From assembly GCA_964476445.1 (NCBI GenBank), contig CAYZAK010000004.1:491-64490 (forward strand): a stretch of DNA of 64,000 nt, in the 5' to 3' direction. Position 1 is the stretch's first letter. Each line of letters starts with the position of its first letter. The translations under genes and the position numbers were made by a program. This DNA comes from an uncultured bacterium (GTDB lineage: Bacteria; CG03; SLGR01; JAGXOG01). Below, piece after piece: positions 46,609 to 56,442 of the stretch. The notes beneath the pieces were generated by a model that saw nothing but the letters and a program-made list of their open reading frames with translations, searched no databases and had not been told where the DNA came from.

Positions 46609-48093
46609 ATGGAAAATTTTTATAAAAAGATAATGTTTATTTTTGGGGTATTGTTTATGTTTTCATACGGAGCAGCGTTAGGCGGTGTGGCGCTGTTAAC
46701 TCAGTTAGAAGGTTCGGTAGAATATAGATCGGAGGGTTCAGAAGACTGGACCGTCGCACAGGTAGAGCAGCAGCTTAACAGAAAAGATCATCTTAGAACC
46801 GGCAGTGATTCTATGGCTGTAGTAGAGTTTAACACCGGTCATGAAATTGAAATTTCTGCAGAAAGTTCTTTTGAGATAAGAGAATCTAATAAAGCTCAGA
46901 CCGATCTTGAGCTTTTTAAAGGTAAACTCAGGTCCAGAGTAAAAGAATTAAGTAAGGATGAAAGTTATGAGGTCCAGGCTCCCCAGGCAGTTACCGGAGT
47001 CCGAGGTACCGATTTTTCAGTAGAGGTAGTGGATAACACTACCCGGGTTGAAGTTTTTGAAGGGAAAGTTTTGGCCAGAGAGCTAATTACTGGCCAGAGC
47101 GTGGAAGTTAGTGCCGGGCAGTACACCAGTATAGAGAGCAACCAGCCGCCCGCCGCTCCTCGGCAGTTAGAACCTGCTGAACCGGCTCCTCAAAAAACTG
47201 AAGCCATCGAAGAAAGAGACTTCGGGAATATCAGGGAAGAAGTCCGCCGTGAAATGTTTGAAGAGATATCCAGGGAAGCGGTTCTATCCCGTGCCGCCGA
47301 GGAAATAAAACAGGCTGAGTATGAAAATGGAAAAGTTATGATCGATGTACATGGAAATAGAGTTAGGCTGGAAGAGTATGTTGTAAGACTCAAAGAGAAC
47401 GAATTTAAATACGTGGTTTTAAATCACCGGGATGAAAGATTTGATTTCGGTAAAATAGATTTTGTATTCGACAGCAGTTTACCCGGGGACTTAAGCCGGG
47501 CCACCGAAAATATGTTTTATTCGGATAATTCTGAAAAGCCGGACTGGATACTCACTGATTTAACTTCGGTTATTTCCAACACTAAAGACAGGGTAAACGA
47601 AGTGGCCACCGGCGGAAATATGATCCAGGATTCGGAAGATAACTGGAGACATTATTTTTCAGATTTTACTTTTTCCATTAAGGGTTTTGAAAAAGAGGAA
47701 AAAGTATTGTGGGCCAGGGAAATTTACGGTGGATACGGAGGAGCGGTTTACGATGACTTAACCGTGGAATACGAATATCTCGGAGGTGATGATCCGGAAG
47801 TTGAAAAAAAGTATCCATCCGGTGAAGAGTCTTTCCATTTTTACAATAGAAACACTTTTGCCGACGGGACCTGGATATCAACTGAAGATTATTTTATAGA
47901 TGACGAGGGAAATATACAGAGTTCATCTGACCTTTCCGATAATTTTAATTCGGAAATAGGAGGAAGTTTTAAAGAGTATCTGGCCGGACTTAATTTTGAG
48001 AGAAAATATGAAAGTTCTGAATTTGGAGACCGGGATATTGACCTGGTATTTTCGACAAAACTGATTCTGGATGCGGGCATGGTTTCATATTAA
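46609..48093 (+). CDS. Secreted FecR-domain-like protein
   Basis: Signal peptide. The region about 40-170 has the FecR-like beta-sandwich pattern (VEYRSEGSEDW...LRTGSDSMAVVEF..G.EIEISAESSFEI...VQAPQAVTGVRGTDFSVEV). Acidic C-terminal half. Confidence 0.45.
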   Translation: MENFYKKIMFIFGVLFMFSYGAALGGVALLTQLEGSVEYRSEGSEDWTVAQVEQQLNRKDHLRTGSDSMAVVEFNTGHEIEISAESSFEIRESNKAQTDLELFKGKLRSRVKELSKDESYEVQAPQAVTGVRGTDFSVEVVDNTTRVEVFEGKVLARELITGQSVEVSAGQYTSIESNQPPAAPRQLEPAEPAPQKTEAIEERDFGNIREEVRREMFEEISREAVLSRAAEEIKQAEYENGKVMIDVHGNRVRLEEYVVRLKENEFKYVVLNHRDERFDFGKIDFVFDSSLPGDLSRATENMFYSDNSEKPDWILTDLTSVISNTKDRVNEVATGGNMIQDSEDNWRHYFSDFTFSIKGFEKEEKVLWAREIYGGYGGAVYDDLTVEYEYLGGDDPEVEKKYPSGEESFHFYNRNTFADGTWISTEDYFIDDEGNIQSSSDLSDNFNSEIGGSFKEYLAGLNFERKYESSEFGDRDIDLVFSTKLILDAGMVSY

Positions 48094-48116
48094 ATAGCAT
48101 TGAAAGGAGAAAAGTA

Positions 48117-49349
48117 GTGAAATATTTAACCAGTTTAATTGTAGGAATAGTATTTAGTTTTGGGCTTTACAACCGGGTAGAAGCTGAGATTAAGTATACT
48201 CCGGTGGCCGATATTTCGGTATCCGGCGGCCAGTATTTTTTACAGGGAGATCCGTCTTCTTTAGGGGGAAATGCCAGTATATATTTTTCACCTGCTCTCA
48301 ATTTCAATCCGGAGACTTCTTTGATTCCCATTTTAAGTTTAAATTATTCGGGAACCCGCGATGTCAGAGAACTTGTGGGCGGGGATACGTTAACCCGGCA
48401 GACCGGAGATGGGGGAATAAATTTAATATATGTAACTTCTTTTTCGGATATTAAAACCCGGGTCCGTACCGGCTACAGAAAATCTCTTATAAATGAGACT
48501 AAAGACGAGGATTGGTCGGATGGTCTTTTTAACTATAACCGTATTCTTTTTGGAGTACAGGGAGAAAAGAAGATTTTTGGATATGATATATCTTTGTCCG
48601 GAGACTATTACCGTATGAATTTCCCCAACTATTCCAGTCTTGTATCAGAAGCCCGGGAGGATTTTGAAACTTCCATAGATACCTATACTTATACCGAGAT
48701 ATCCGAAAATGCCGGTGAAAATGTCCTGAACTATTCCAATATTATGGTACGTCTTAAAGGTGCAAAAAATTATACCGGTAACCTTTCAGCCGCGTACTCT
48801 TATGGAGTGGATTTAAGAAACTACGATGACCAGACAATAGTTCAAAAAGCCGGGTCCTTTTCTGAAACTTTAAGAAGTGATCTGGTACATACTTTCACCG
48901 CCGGTTTGGATTACCGTTACAAAAAAGCGGTGCTGGGACTGGAAAATAAAACTACTTTTTTAAGTTCCAATCAGAACTCTTATGATTCCCGCACCCCGAA
49001 ATACATAGATAATTTTTATTCATACTCTGCAACTTCCTTTATTCCTTCGTTAACTTTGTATCTGGGCGATGAAAATAAGATTAGCAGTTTTAACATAAAC
49101 TGGTATATAAGTTTAAGAAAGTACAATGACCGACTGGCACGTGAAGAGGATGGAGACTATACCGAAGATAATATAAAACAGCTTTACAATAATTTTGGCT
49201 TATCCTACAGATACCCGGTATCGAATAATATATACGCATTTGCCCGGTTAAACCGGCAGGTGGTATCCTCAAACATGGATTACGAGGCCGCTTATAAATA
49301 CAACTACACTGCGACCAACTACAGTCTGGGAGTAAACTGGCAGTATTAA
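48117..49349 (+). CDS. Putative outer-membrane beta-barrel protein
   Basis: Signal peptide. Alternating hydrophobic beta-strand pattern rich in Y/N/S/T. The C-terminal residue pattern ...YSLGVNWQY ends in an aromatic. GTG start with AAAGGAGAAAAG RBS. Confidence 0.4.
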   Translation: MKYLTSLIVGIVFSFGLYNRVEAEIKYTPVADISVSGGQYFLQGDPSSLGGNASIYFSPALNFNPETSLIPILSLNYSGTRDVRELVGGDTLTRQTGDGGINLIYVTSFSDIKTRVRTGYRKSLINETKDEDWSDGLFNYNRILFGVQGEKKIFGYDISLSGDYYRMNFPNYSSLVSEAREDFETSIDTYTYTEISENAGENVLNYSNIMVRLKGAKNYTGNLSAAYSYGVDLRNYDDQTIVQKAGSFSETLRSDLVHTFTAGLDYRYKKAVLGLENKTTFLSSNQNSYDSRTPKYIDNFYSYSATSFIPSLTLYLGDENKISSFNINWYISLRKYNDRLAREEDGDYTEDNIKQLYNNFGLSYRYPVSNNIYAFARLNRQVVSSNMDYEAAYKYNYTATNYSLGVNWQY

Positions 49350-49455
49350 ACTTTAAAAATAAAAGTGACTAAAATCACAGACATATATTTAGAATTAAAT
49401 TATAATGATACTAAATAAATATAAAAATTTATAAAATTTACGGAGGAAAATTTAT

Positions 49456-52400
49456 ATGAAAAAAAGAATATTTTGTACTGTTGCGGCCTTATTAATATAC
49501 TTTGCCGGTATAGCGGCAGCTGCAGAGGATGTAACTTTAACTGTTAAGGTTGAAGACGGTTACGGGGAGAGTGTAAGGGGTGCCCGGGTGGTACTTGCTG
49601 ATTTTGAAGATTTGGCAAATTCCTATATTGACTATACCGCAGAAAACGGCGAAACCTCATTTACCGTTCCCAATGACGGAAAACAATATGCAATAATACC
49701 CTCTTCTCACGGCTGGACTCCGACTTTTCTTGACTGGGTAAATTCAGCCGATTACGAGCCGGTTGAATGGGCCGCATCCACGGCTGAGGAAACAGTTACA
49801 GTCGGGCTTCAGAAAATGACGGATTTAAGCGGGATATGCAAAGTTAAATCTGAGGTCACAGTAGATACAACTACAGTTATCTTCGGCGGCATAGGACACG
49901 ACAGCCGCACGGGGGATGTGGCAATGGGGGCAGGCTTTGCGCCCGATGCCGACACCGATTCCATCTATTATTACAATGTGCCCAACCATCTCGGTGACGA
50001 CGGCTATGGCGCGGGATGCTTTTCTCCGGTTATGAATACGCATATTGACGGTACGATTTCGGGCATTACCTCATCGGAAACAGGAACAGTTGCCGGCCCG
50101 ACGCTGGATCTTACTTCTACGGAGGCGGAAAGTCCTGATACTACGGAAAGTTCCGCCGGAACCGCCGACCTCCTTATTTTCCGCGGTGTTGTGACAAGCC
50201 CGGGCGGCGAGGCCCTGCCCGACGCCGAGGTAAAGATTGAATACGGCACTACTACGGCCGACGGTAACTTGGTTTGGGATTCCTTTACTTCCTGGACGGA
50301 CTCAAACGGGATTTACCGGGTTTACGGCGACACCGTACCGCCCTCGGCGACTTTTCACTACTATGTTTCAAGAAAAGGCAGCGTTGGGGTCAGCACCGCG
50401 GTCCCCGTTAACTTTCAAGAAACTACCCTGCCTGCAAGAAAGAATTTCACGCTTGATGTGGCAGATGGGAAACTAAAAGGAGTGCTTCTGCTGGACGGTA
50501 CCCCTGTTCCCGACGGCCACGTTCACGTTCACGGGGACTGGACGGCCTGGAGTATTGACGGGAGCACAACCAATTTGGTTAAAGAAGAGCCGTTTATCTG
50601 GGCGGACTCCCGGATAAGGTCAGACGGGACTTTCGATATAGGAGGACTTCCCCGGGGAAACTATATACTGGAGATATGGTCGGATTTTTCGCAGGACGAA
50701 ATTATTTACAACAACGGCCCCAACGGCCGCGAAGATATCGTAGACTGGAGCTACAGGCGTGTGGGGAGCGACGATTTAAGGATTAAGGTATGGTCCAGCA
50801 CTTTCAGCGTCTTTACCTCCACAGGAGGGGATGTTACCGTCCAGGAAACCAACGAAGACGGCCGGCTTAAAGTAAATATCCCTCCCAAGGATTTTACGGA
50901 AAGTTCAACCGCTACTATTACCGGGTTTGTTAAACTGCTTTCCGGAGATGAGATTGTTGATGAGAGCCCGGTGACTTTAATTGTCAGCGAAAACAATTAT
51001 GAACACGAATTTTCGACACACGGAGTAAACTCCGGTACTGCCACGGAAGAAGAAGACCTTGTATATGTTGATCTTCCCCACAGCCGGGTGAGCGAGGATA
51101 GTGTTGAACTTTTATCACATGAAGACTTTGCGTGGGTTGACTGGGAACACCCGGAGACCGGAAAAAGCCGGATATACTGGTATGCTACGCAGGCACCGGA
51201 AAAAGGGGAAACAGTTGAATTAAACTACGATTATCAGAACCCGGACATGCCGGTGCGCTTATTTGAGACGGTTTCCGGTACGGGCACGGACTTTCCGTTT
51301 GAAATAACAGTGGAGGCCGGCAAAAAATACCGGATGAATATAAGGTCGCTTTACTACGGCGAGTCGCTTAAAATGGGCCAGTGGGATCAGCTTGACAATA
51401 TAGATTTTACCGGTGACAGGACAACTCTTGATATAGGCGAGCTGGCGGTAGCCCCGGCCGGGCAGGTAAGGGGATATGTAAGAAAACCCGACGGCAATTA
51501 CTTTAGGCCTGTATACAAATTGATTGAGGATGATGCGAATGATTACAAGGTGGAGCTTGGTATGGAGGTAGTAGCCGACGGGATAACGGTGGATTCCTGG
51601 GACGATGCGGAAGTTCACGATGACGGCTCTTTCCTGTTGACCGGCCTTCTTCCCGGAGAGTACCACCTCAAGACCAGGACCGGGCTCTGGGTGGAACCGA
51701 AAGAAAAATTAAACGAGGAACTCGGTAAAGTACCCTGGGCCGATACAAGAAGGGAGATTACCGTGAGGGCTTCAACCGAGCCCGCCAGGATAAACTTGAA
51801 TCTTGAGAGAGGGATAAACATAAAGCCCGAGGGTATAAGCGTAGATCTTACTCCGGGGGCGACTCATTATTTTTCCAAAGAGGAAGAATGTTGGGAGACC
51901 GGCGATGTCAGGCGCGAGGGTATGATAGGGTTTTTCGCGCTTAAAAAAGATACCCAACTCACCCCGAAAACTTTGAAAAGTTTCTTTATGGGCGGCAGTG
52001 AGTTTTTTGACATAGGGTTCGGCTACAACCCTGATAGCGATGAATTTTTCGCCGGCGAGACCTTTGAAAAGAGGGTTGCCCCGGGCGAGTTTGATTTTTA
52101 CGGAGGGGCGATAAGAGAATACGATCCCGAGACCGATCAGGACGATATGAATATGCTTTTTCTCTCCCGCCGGAGGGGAGTGACGGTAAGCGAGGACCTG
52201 GCAGAGTATATCGAACAGGAAGGCCCCGTCCAGGAGATAAATATTCCGGACTTGGAACTGGGGAGCGTCGAGCTTACCGGACATATTGCAGGAGACCATA
52301 TTATTACTAAGGAAGATCTGCCTGCAATTAAGGCAAATCCAAACGCAGTAATTGAGTTACTGCCCTCTGTGATGCTCTATGATGATACCGACGGCCGCCT

Positions 52401-54516
52401 GGCCGGCTTTTCGGCGCTGGTACCCAAACCCAGCGAAGATTTTGGTGAAGAGTTTCAGGCTATTATTGACCAAATAGGGGAAGATGACGCTCAGGCACTT
52501 GAAGATTTTAATGTTCTTCTATCCTCTGATAATGCATCCTATAGGTTTAGATTTTTGAGGCCGGATACCTATAACGCTGTATTTTACAGCCCGAACTATC
52601 CTGCTGTATCGGCAAAAGTTGATTTAACTGCCGACGACCAAAAAACTCTTAATATAGATTTTGACTATGGAGCAGCCGAAGGAGAGGAAAAAAGAGAAGT
52701 AAGAACAGCTTCAATATACGCTACGTTTGTGGATACGAACACTCTGCCGATTAGCGGGGTAAAGGTTACTGCAAAAGGACCTAATTTTGACCAGAACTAT
52801 CTATCTGACACCGAAGGTAATATAGAAATAAACCGTCTTCCCCTGGGGTTATACTACTTTTTTATAAACGCAGATGGTTACGAAAGGAAAGCAACCAAGG
52901 TTAGGGTTGATAAAACCGGTGTTCACGAAAACGAAGTGGTACTCAAAAAAGCGCCGGAAATATTCTGGGGAGAAGTTCTATCCCGTAGACTTCCCAGTAA
53001 AGTAGCTTATGAAGGTGCTGATATAGTGGCGTATCATTATCTCGATGATTCAGGGGCTCGGGTAACAGATGAACTTGTGGGTATTTATTCGGATACGTCG
53101 GATTCAGAAGGAAATTATTTAATAAATAACCTGCTTACCGACCATACTTACCGTATGTGGCTTGTTGTCCCCGGCCATCTGAAATATTCCGCTGATTTTA
53201 AAGCCGACGGTACCTTTTCAGGAGCGAATTTTCTTTTAAGAAATCTTGAACCTAATTTCAGTGTTAATTACCGTTTGGACGGCTCGTCTTTTGTATTTAC
53301 AATTAATGCAAATAAAACTATGAACGGTGCTCCTTTGGTAAGATATACCAAAGGTAACTTTTCAAGCGCTGGTTCAGCGGAATGGACAGATGTAAATTTA
53401 AATACTGTAACCTCCTCAAGAAGATGGAGGGCAACTATTGACGGCAGTGATTTTGATCCCGAAAATTTATATACGTTAAGAGTGACAGGGGAAGATACCA
53501 ACGGAGTAACAGTTGAAAACTATTCCTCTAAATTTGCAAAAAAGTATCCAACCCGGAACATAAAACTTCTGGAAGACCTGCTGGCTGAGGGAGGCACAGT
53601 GGAAGTAGATGATACTGGAGATGACGTATCAGTAGTGGAAGTTCCTGCCGGGGCTATTGAGATAGATGAAAGTTCCGCAGAAGCAACGGTTTCTGCATTT
53701 TCGTCTTCGGGAGAAGAGACCGAGATAAAGGCAATGGCCCTTGGAGGTTTTGCTTCCCTGCTCTTTTCAAAAGAAAGTCTTGTAAGTCAGGTAAGCAACC
53801 TTATAAGCGAGGTTTATACTGTAGAGTTAGAAGCCGAGGACAGCGTAGCCATAACAAAGCCTCTTAAAATTAAACTTGAGTTCAACCGGTCGGATTTTAG
53901 TGATGCCGGCAATAATTCGGATAATATAAATATCAGGAGAAAAAATTCTGCCGGAGAATGGGAAGTGGTAGAAGGTATAATATCGGTTGATGAGACAAAC
54001 GGTACTGCGGCAATAGAGGTATCCGATCTAAATTCTGCCTCATTTGCCTCGGATATGACTTATTCCGCTCAGTCCGGTTCCCAGGGCGGGGAATACGCGG
54101 TCTTCTACGGGATACCCGAAGAGCAGACCGGTCCTCAGGAATATATCGAGGAGAAGTTCAGGGCCTATAATTTCCCCAATCCTTTTAATCTGAAACAAAA
54201 ACAGGTGACTCTTGAAAATTACGGGACCTCTTTTACCGGAGCCCAGCAGACAGTAGAGGGGACGGTGTTAAAATATTATCTGCCGTCAAAATACGGTACG
54301 GACGCCGACGTGGAGTTTAACATATACAATGTGGCCGGAGAGTTGGTAAGAACCATAAACGAACCGTCCCGGGAGGGAGGCTACATATATTTCACCGAAT
54401 GGAACGGAAGAAACGATAGCAACAATAAATGCGCCAGCGGGGTATATCTTGCAATACCCCGGGTTGACGGAGCCGCTGTAATGAGCGATGCTCTTAAGAT
54501 GGCCATAATAAGATAA
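49456..54516 (+). CDS. Giant secreted protein (1686 aa) with at least six carboxypeptidase-regulatory-like (CarboxypepD_reg) beta-sandwich domains and a T9SS C-terminal sorting domain
   Basis: Signal peptide. Repeated V.V.D..G.P..GA.V and DENGNY-type CarboxypepD_reg cores at about aa 25, 240, 340, 670, 1030 and 1100. C-terminal NFPNPFNL...GVYLAIPRVDG...AIIR tail. Markedly higher GC than the flanking genes. Confidence 0.7.
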   Translation: MKKRIFCTVAALLIYFAGIAAAAEDVTLTVKVEDGYGESVRGARVVLADFEDLANSYIDYTAENGETSFTVPNDGKQYAIIPSSHGWTPTFLDWVNSADYEPVEWAASTAEETVTVGLQKMTDLSGICKVKSEVTVDTTTVIFGGIGHDSRTGDVAMGAGFAPDADTDSIYYYNVPNHLGDDGYGAGCFSPVMNTHIDGTISGITSSETGTVAGPTLDLTSTEAESPDTTESSAGTADLLIFRGVVTSPGGEALPDAEVKIEYGTTTADGNLVWDSFTSWTDSNGIYRVYGDTVPPSATFHYYVSRKGSVGVSTAVPVNFQETTLPARKNFTLDVADGKLKGVLLLDGTPVPDGHVHVHGDWTAWSIDGSTTNLVKEEPFIWADSRIRSDGTFDIGGLPRGNYILEIWSDFSQDEIIYNNGPNGREDIVDWSYRRVGSDDLRIKVWSSTFSVFTSTGGDVTVQETNEDGRLKVNIPPKDFTESSTATITGFVKLLSGDEIVDESPVTLIVSENNYEHEFSTHGVNSGTATEEEDLVYVDLPHSRVSEDSVELLSHEDFAWVDWEHPETGKSRIYWYATQAPEKGETVELNYDYQNPDMPVRLFETVSGTGTDFPFEITVEAGKKYRMNIRSLYYGESLKMGQWDQLDNIDFTGDRTTLDIGELAVAPAGQVRGYVRKPDGNYFRPVYKLIEDDANDYKVELGMEVVADGITVDSWDDAEVHDDGSFLLTGLLPGEYHLKTRTGLWVEPKEKLNEELGKVPWADTRREITVRASTEPARINLNLERGINIKPEGISVDLTPGATHYFSKEEECWETGDVRREGMIGFFALKKDTQLTPKTLKSFFMGGSEFFDIGFGYNPDSDEFFAGETFEKRVAPGEFDFYGGAIREYDPETDQDDMNMLFLSRRRGVTVSEDLAEYIEQEGPVQEINIPDLELGSVELTGHIAGDHIITKEDLPAIKANPNAVIELLPSVMLYDDTDGRLAGFSALVPKPSEDFGEEFQAIIDQIGEDDAQALEDFNVLLSSDNASYRFRFLRPDTYNAVFYSPNYPAVSAKVDLTADDQKTLNIDFDYGAAEGEEKREVRTASIYATFVDTNTLPISGVKVTAKGPNFDQNYLSDTEGNIEINRLPLGLYYFFINADGYERKATKVRVDKTGVHENEVVLKKAPEIFWGEVLSRRLPSKVAYEGADIVAYHYLDDSGARVTDELVGIYSDTSDSEGNYLINNLLTDHTYRMWLVVPGHLKYSADFKADGTFSGANFLLRNLEPNFSVNYRLDGSSFVFTINANKTMNGAPLVRYTKGNFSSAGSAEWTDVNLNTVTSSRRWRATIDGSDFDPENLYTLRVTGEDTNGVTVENYSSKFAKKYPTRNIKLLEDLLAEGGTVEVDDTGDDVSVVEVPAGAIEIDESSAEATVSAFSSSGEETEIKAMALGGFASLLFSKESLVSQVSNLISEVYTVELEAEDSVAITKPLKIKLEFNRSDFSDAGNNSDNINIRRKNSAGEWEVVEGIISVDETNGTAAIEVSDLNSASFASDMTYSAQSGSQGGEYAVFYGIPEEQTGPQEYIEEKFRAYNFPNPFNLKQKQVTLENYGTSFTGAQQTVEGTVLKYYLPSKYGTDADVEFNIYNVAGELVRTINEPSREGGYIYFTEWNGRNDSNNKCASGVYLAIPRVDGAAVMSDALKMAIIR

Positions 54517-54532
54517 ACAGGAGGATAATTTT

Positions 54533-55480
54533 ATGAAAAAATTAATAATTTTGAGTATAGCGTCCCTGCTGGGAGCCGTTCCGGTGTCTTACGGCGGATT
54601 GGGAACCACTGGCGCGCAGTTTTTAAAAATAGACCCGGGAGCCCGCCCGGTGGGAATGGGAGGAGCCTATTCAGCGGTGGTAAGCGATGCCAATACATTG
54701 TTTTACAATCCCGCCGGAATAGCTCAAATGGAAAACCGACAGGTTTCGGGAACCTACCTGAGATATTTTCAATCCATCAACTACGGTAATATAGCCGGAG
54801 TTATGCCCTCGGAAGGGTCATCCTCCTGGGGAATGGGAATAACGTATCTGGGAGTAACAGATATTCCCCACAGAGGGCTTGTGGATACCGATGATCCCAC
54901 CGGAACCGGTTCACCGGAATCCACTTTTGGGTCCATGGATACTGCTTTTAACCTGGCCTATGCCCGGCAAAATCCTTTTCCGTCTGTTTTAGACGGCCTG
55001 GATCTGGGCGCAAAACTGGGTGTAATTTATCAGACTCTTGAAGATAAGAACTCTGTTACGGCCATGGTTGATGTAGGAGGTTTTTACAGTGTAAACGAGA
55101 AACTCTCTTTAGCCCTGGTATTTCAGAATATAGGTATGGGGGTAAAATTTGATTCCAAAACCGATCCCCTTCCCTTTAATATAAAAGCGGGAGTGGCGTT
55201 TAAACCGGTTGACGGGTTAACTCTGGCATGTGATATAAACGAATACATTTTAGATGAACAGCTATACGCTTCTATAGGAGCGGAGTATTGGATTATGGAT
55301 ATGCTGGCTTTGAGGGGAGGCTATAAATACGGTTACGATACCCAGGCATTGGATTCTTCCATGGTGGGTTTTTCCGGCGGCCTGGGGTTTAGCATATCGA
55401 ATATGAATTTTGATTACGCCATGGCTCCCTTTGGAGATTTAGGCGATACCCACCGGGTTACTTTATCAGTTAATTTTTAA
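54533..55480 (+). CDS. PorV/FadL-like outer-membrane beta-barrel (T9SS-associated shuttle-like protein)
   Basis: Signal peptide. GAQFLKIDPGARPVGMGGAYSAVVSDANTLFYNPAGIA is the conserved PorV/UPF0164-type N-terminal motif. 315 aa ending in an aromatic-rich strand (LSVNF). Directly downstream of a T9SS cargo gene. Confidence 0.55.
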   Translation: MKKLIILSIASLLGAVPVSYGGLGTTGAQFLKIDPGARPVGMGGAYSAVVSDANTLFYNPAGIAQMENRQVSGTYLRYFQSINYGNIAGVMPSEGSSSWGMGITYLGVTDIPHRGLVDTDDPTGTGSPESTFGSMDTAFNLAYARQNPFPSVLDGLDLGAKLGVIYQTLEDKNSVTAMVDVGGFYSVNEKLSLALVFQNIGMGVKFDSKTDPLPFNIKAGVAFKPVDGLTLACDINEYILDEQLYASIGAEYWIMDMLALRGGYKYGYDTQALDSSMVGFSGGLGFSISNMNFDYAMAPFGDLGDTHRVTLSVNF

Positions 55481-55574
55481 TTATACGCCCTATTAAAAAA
55501 TATTTTGTCCATTAGGGCGCTGGGGGTATTAAAATTACTTGTAAGTAAATTAAAAAATTATTATACTTAAGCCT

Positions 55575-56441
55575 ATGGACAATAATGCAGTACTACTAAT
55601 TTCGTGTCCCGATCGGAGGGGATTAATTGCCAAGGTTACCGATTTTGTTTATAAAAACAACGGGAATATTGAACATTCAGATCAGCATGTGGATCACCGC
55701 CCGGAAACATTTTTTATGCGGATAGAATGGTCTCTGGATGGATTTAATCTGGATAAAAAAGGTATTAAACAGAGTTTTTCTGAACTGGCCGGAGATTATA
55801 ATATGAAATGGGAACTGTATTTTAAAAAAAATACTAAAAATACGGCTATTTTTGTCTCCAGAAACCTTCACTGTCTGTATGAACTTCTTTACCGTTACGA
55901 GTCAAATCAGTTCAATACTACTATTCCCCTTATAATATCCAATTACAAAAAGGCGGGAAGGATATCCGAAAAGTACGGCATAGATTTTTATTATATACCC
56001 ACGGATTCTGACCGGGAAAAAGATTACGAAGAAAAGCAGTTAAGATTACTGGATAAATACGGAATCAATACGGTTGTGTTAGCCCGGTATATGAAAATAC
56101 TATCGCCCAGGTTTGTAAATAAGTATCCCAACCGGATAATAAATATACATCATTCATTTTTACCTGCTTTTGTGGGATCCAAACCCTACGAAAGAGCCCA
56201 CAGGCGGGGAGTAAAATTAATAGGGGCGACCAGTCATTATGTTACCCGGGATCTGGATGACGGCCCTATAATAGAACAGGATGTTACCCGGATAAGCCAC
56301 AGAGATGCAGTTAAGGATTTAAAAATAAAAGGTGAAGATCTTGAAAAACTGGTCCTTTCCCGGGCGTTGAACTGGCATCTGGACAGAAAAGTGCTTGTCT
56401 ATGGAGACAAAGAGCGTAAAAAGACAGTAATTTTCGATTGA
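55575..56441 (+). CDS. purU: Formyltetrahydrofolate deformylase
   Basis: N-terminal ACT domain (LLISCPDRRGLIAKV). C-terminal formyltransferase core (NIHHSFLPAF, HYVT.DLD.GPII). Confidence 0.85.
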   Translation: MDNNAVLLISCPDRRGLIAKVTDFVYKNNGNIEHSDQHVDHRPETFFMRIEWSLDGFNLDKKGIKQSFSELAGDYNMKWELYFKKNTKNTAIFVSRNLHCLYELLYRYESNQFNTTIPLIISNYKKAGRISEKYGIDFYYIPTDSDREKDYEEKQLRLLDKYGINTVVLARYMKILSPRFVNKYPNRIINIHHSFLPAFVGSKPYERAHRRGVKLIGATSHYVTRDLDDGPIIEQDVTRISHRDAVKDLKIKGEDLEKLVLSRALNWHLDRKVLVYGDKERKKTVIFD

Positions 56442-56442
56442 T

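Noticed and set aside
51259-52299. Two long minus-strand ORFs (135 and 175 aa) inside the 1686-aa cargo gene
   Set aside because: They are artefacts of the locally high GC content (few stop codons in antisense frames). The + strand product has coherent repeated CarboxypepD_reg domains and a T9SS C-terminal domain.
55480-55575. Inverted repeat CGCCCTA...TAGGGCG after the PorV-like gene, as a possible Rho-independent terminator
   Set aside because: The stem is only about 7 bp with an about 20-nt loop, and it is not followed by a T-tract. This is insufficient for a terminator call.
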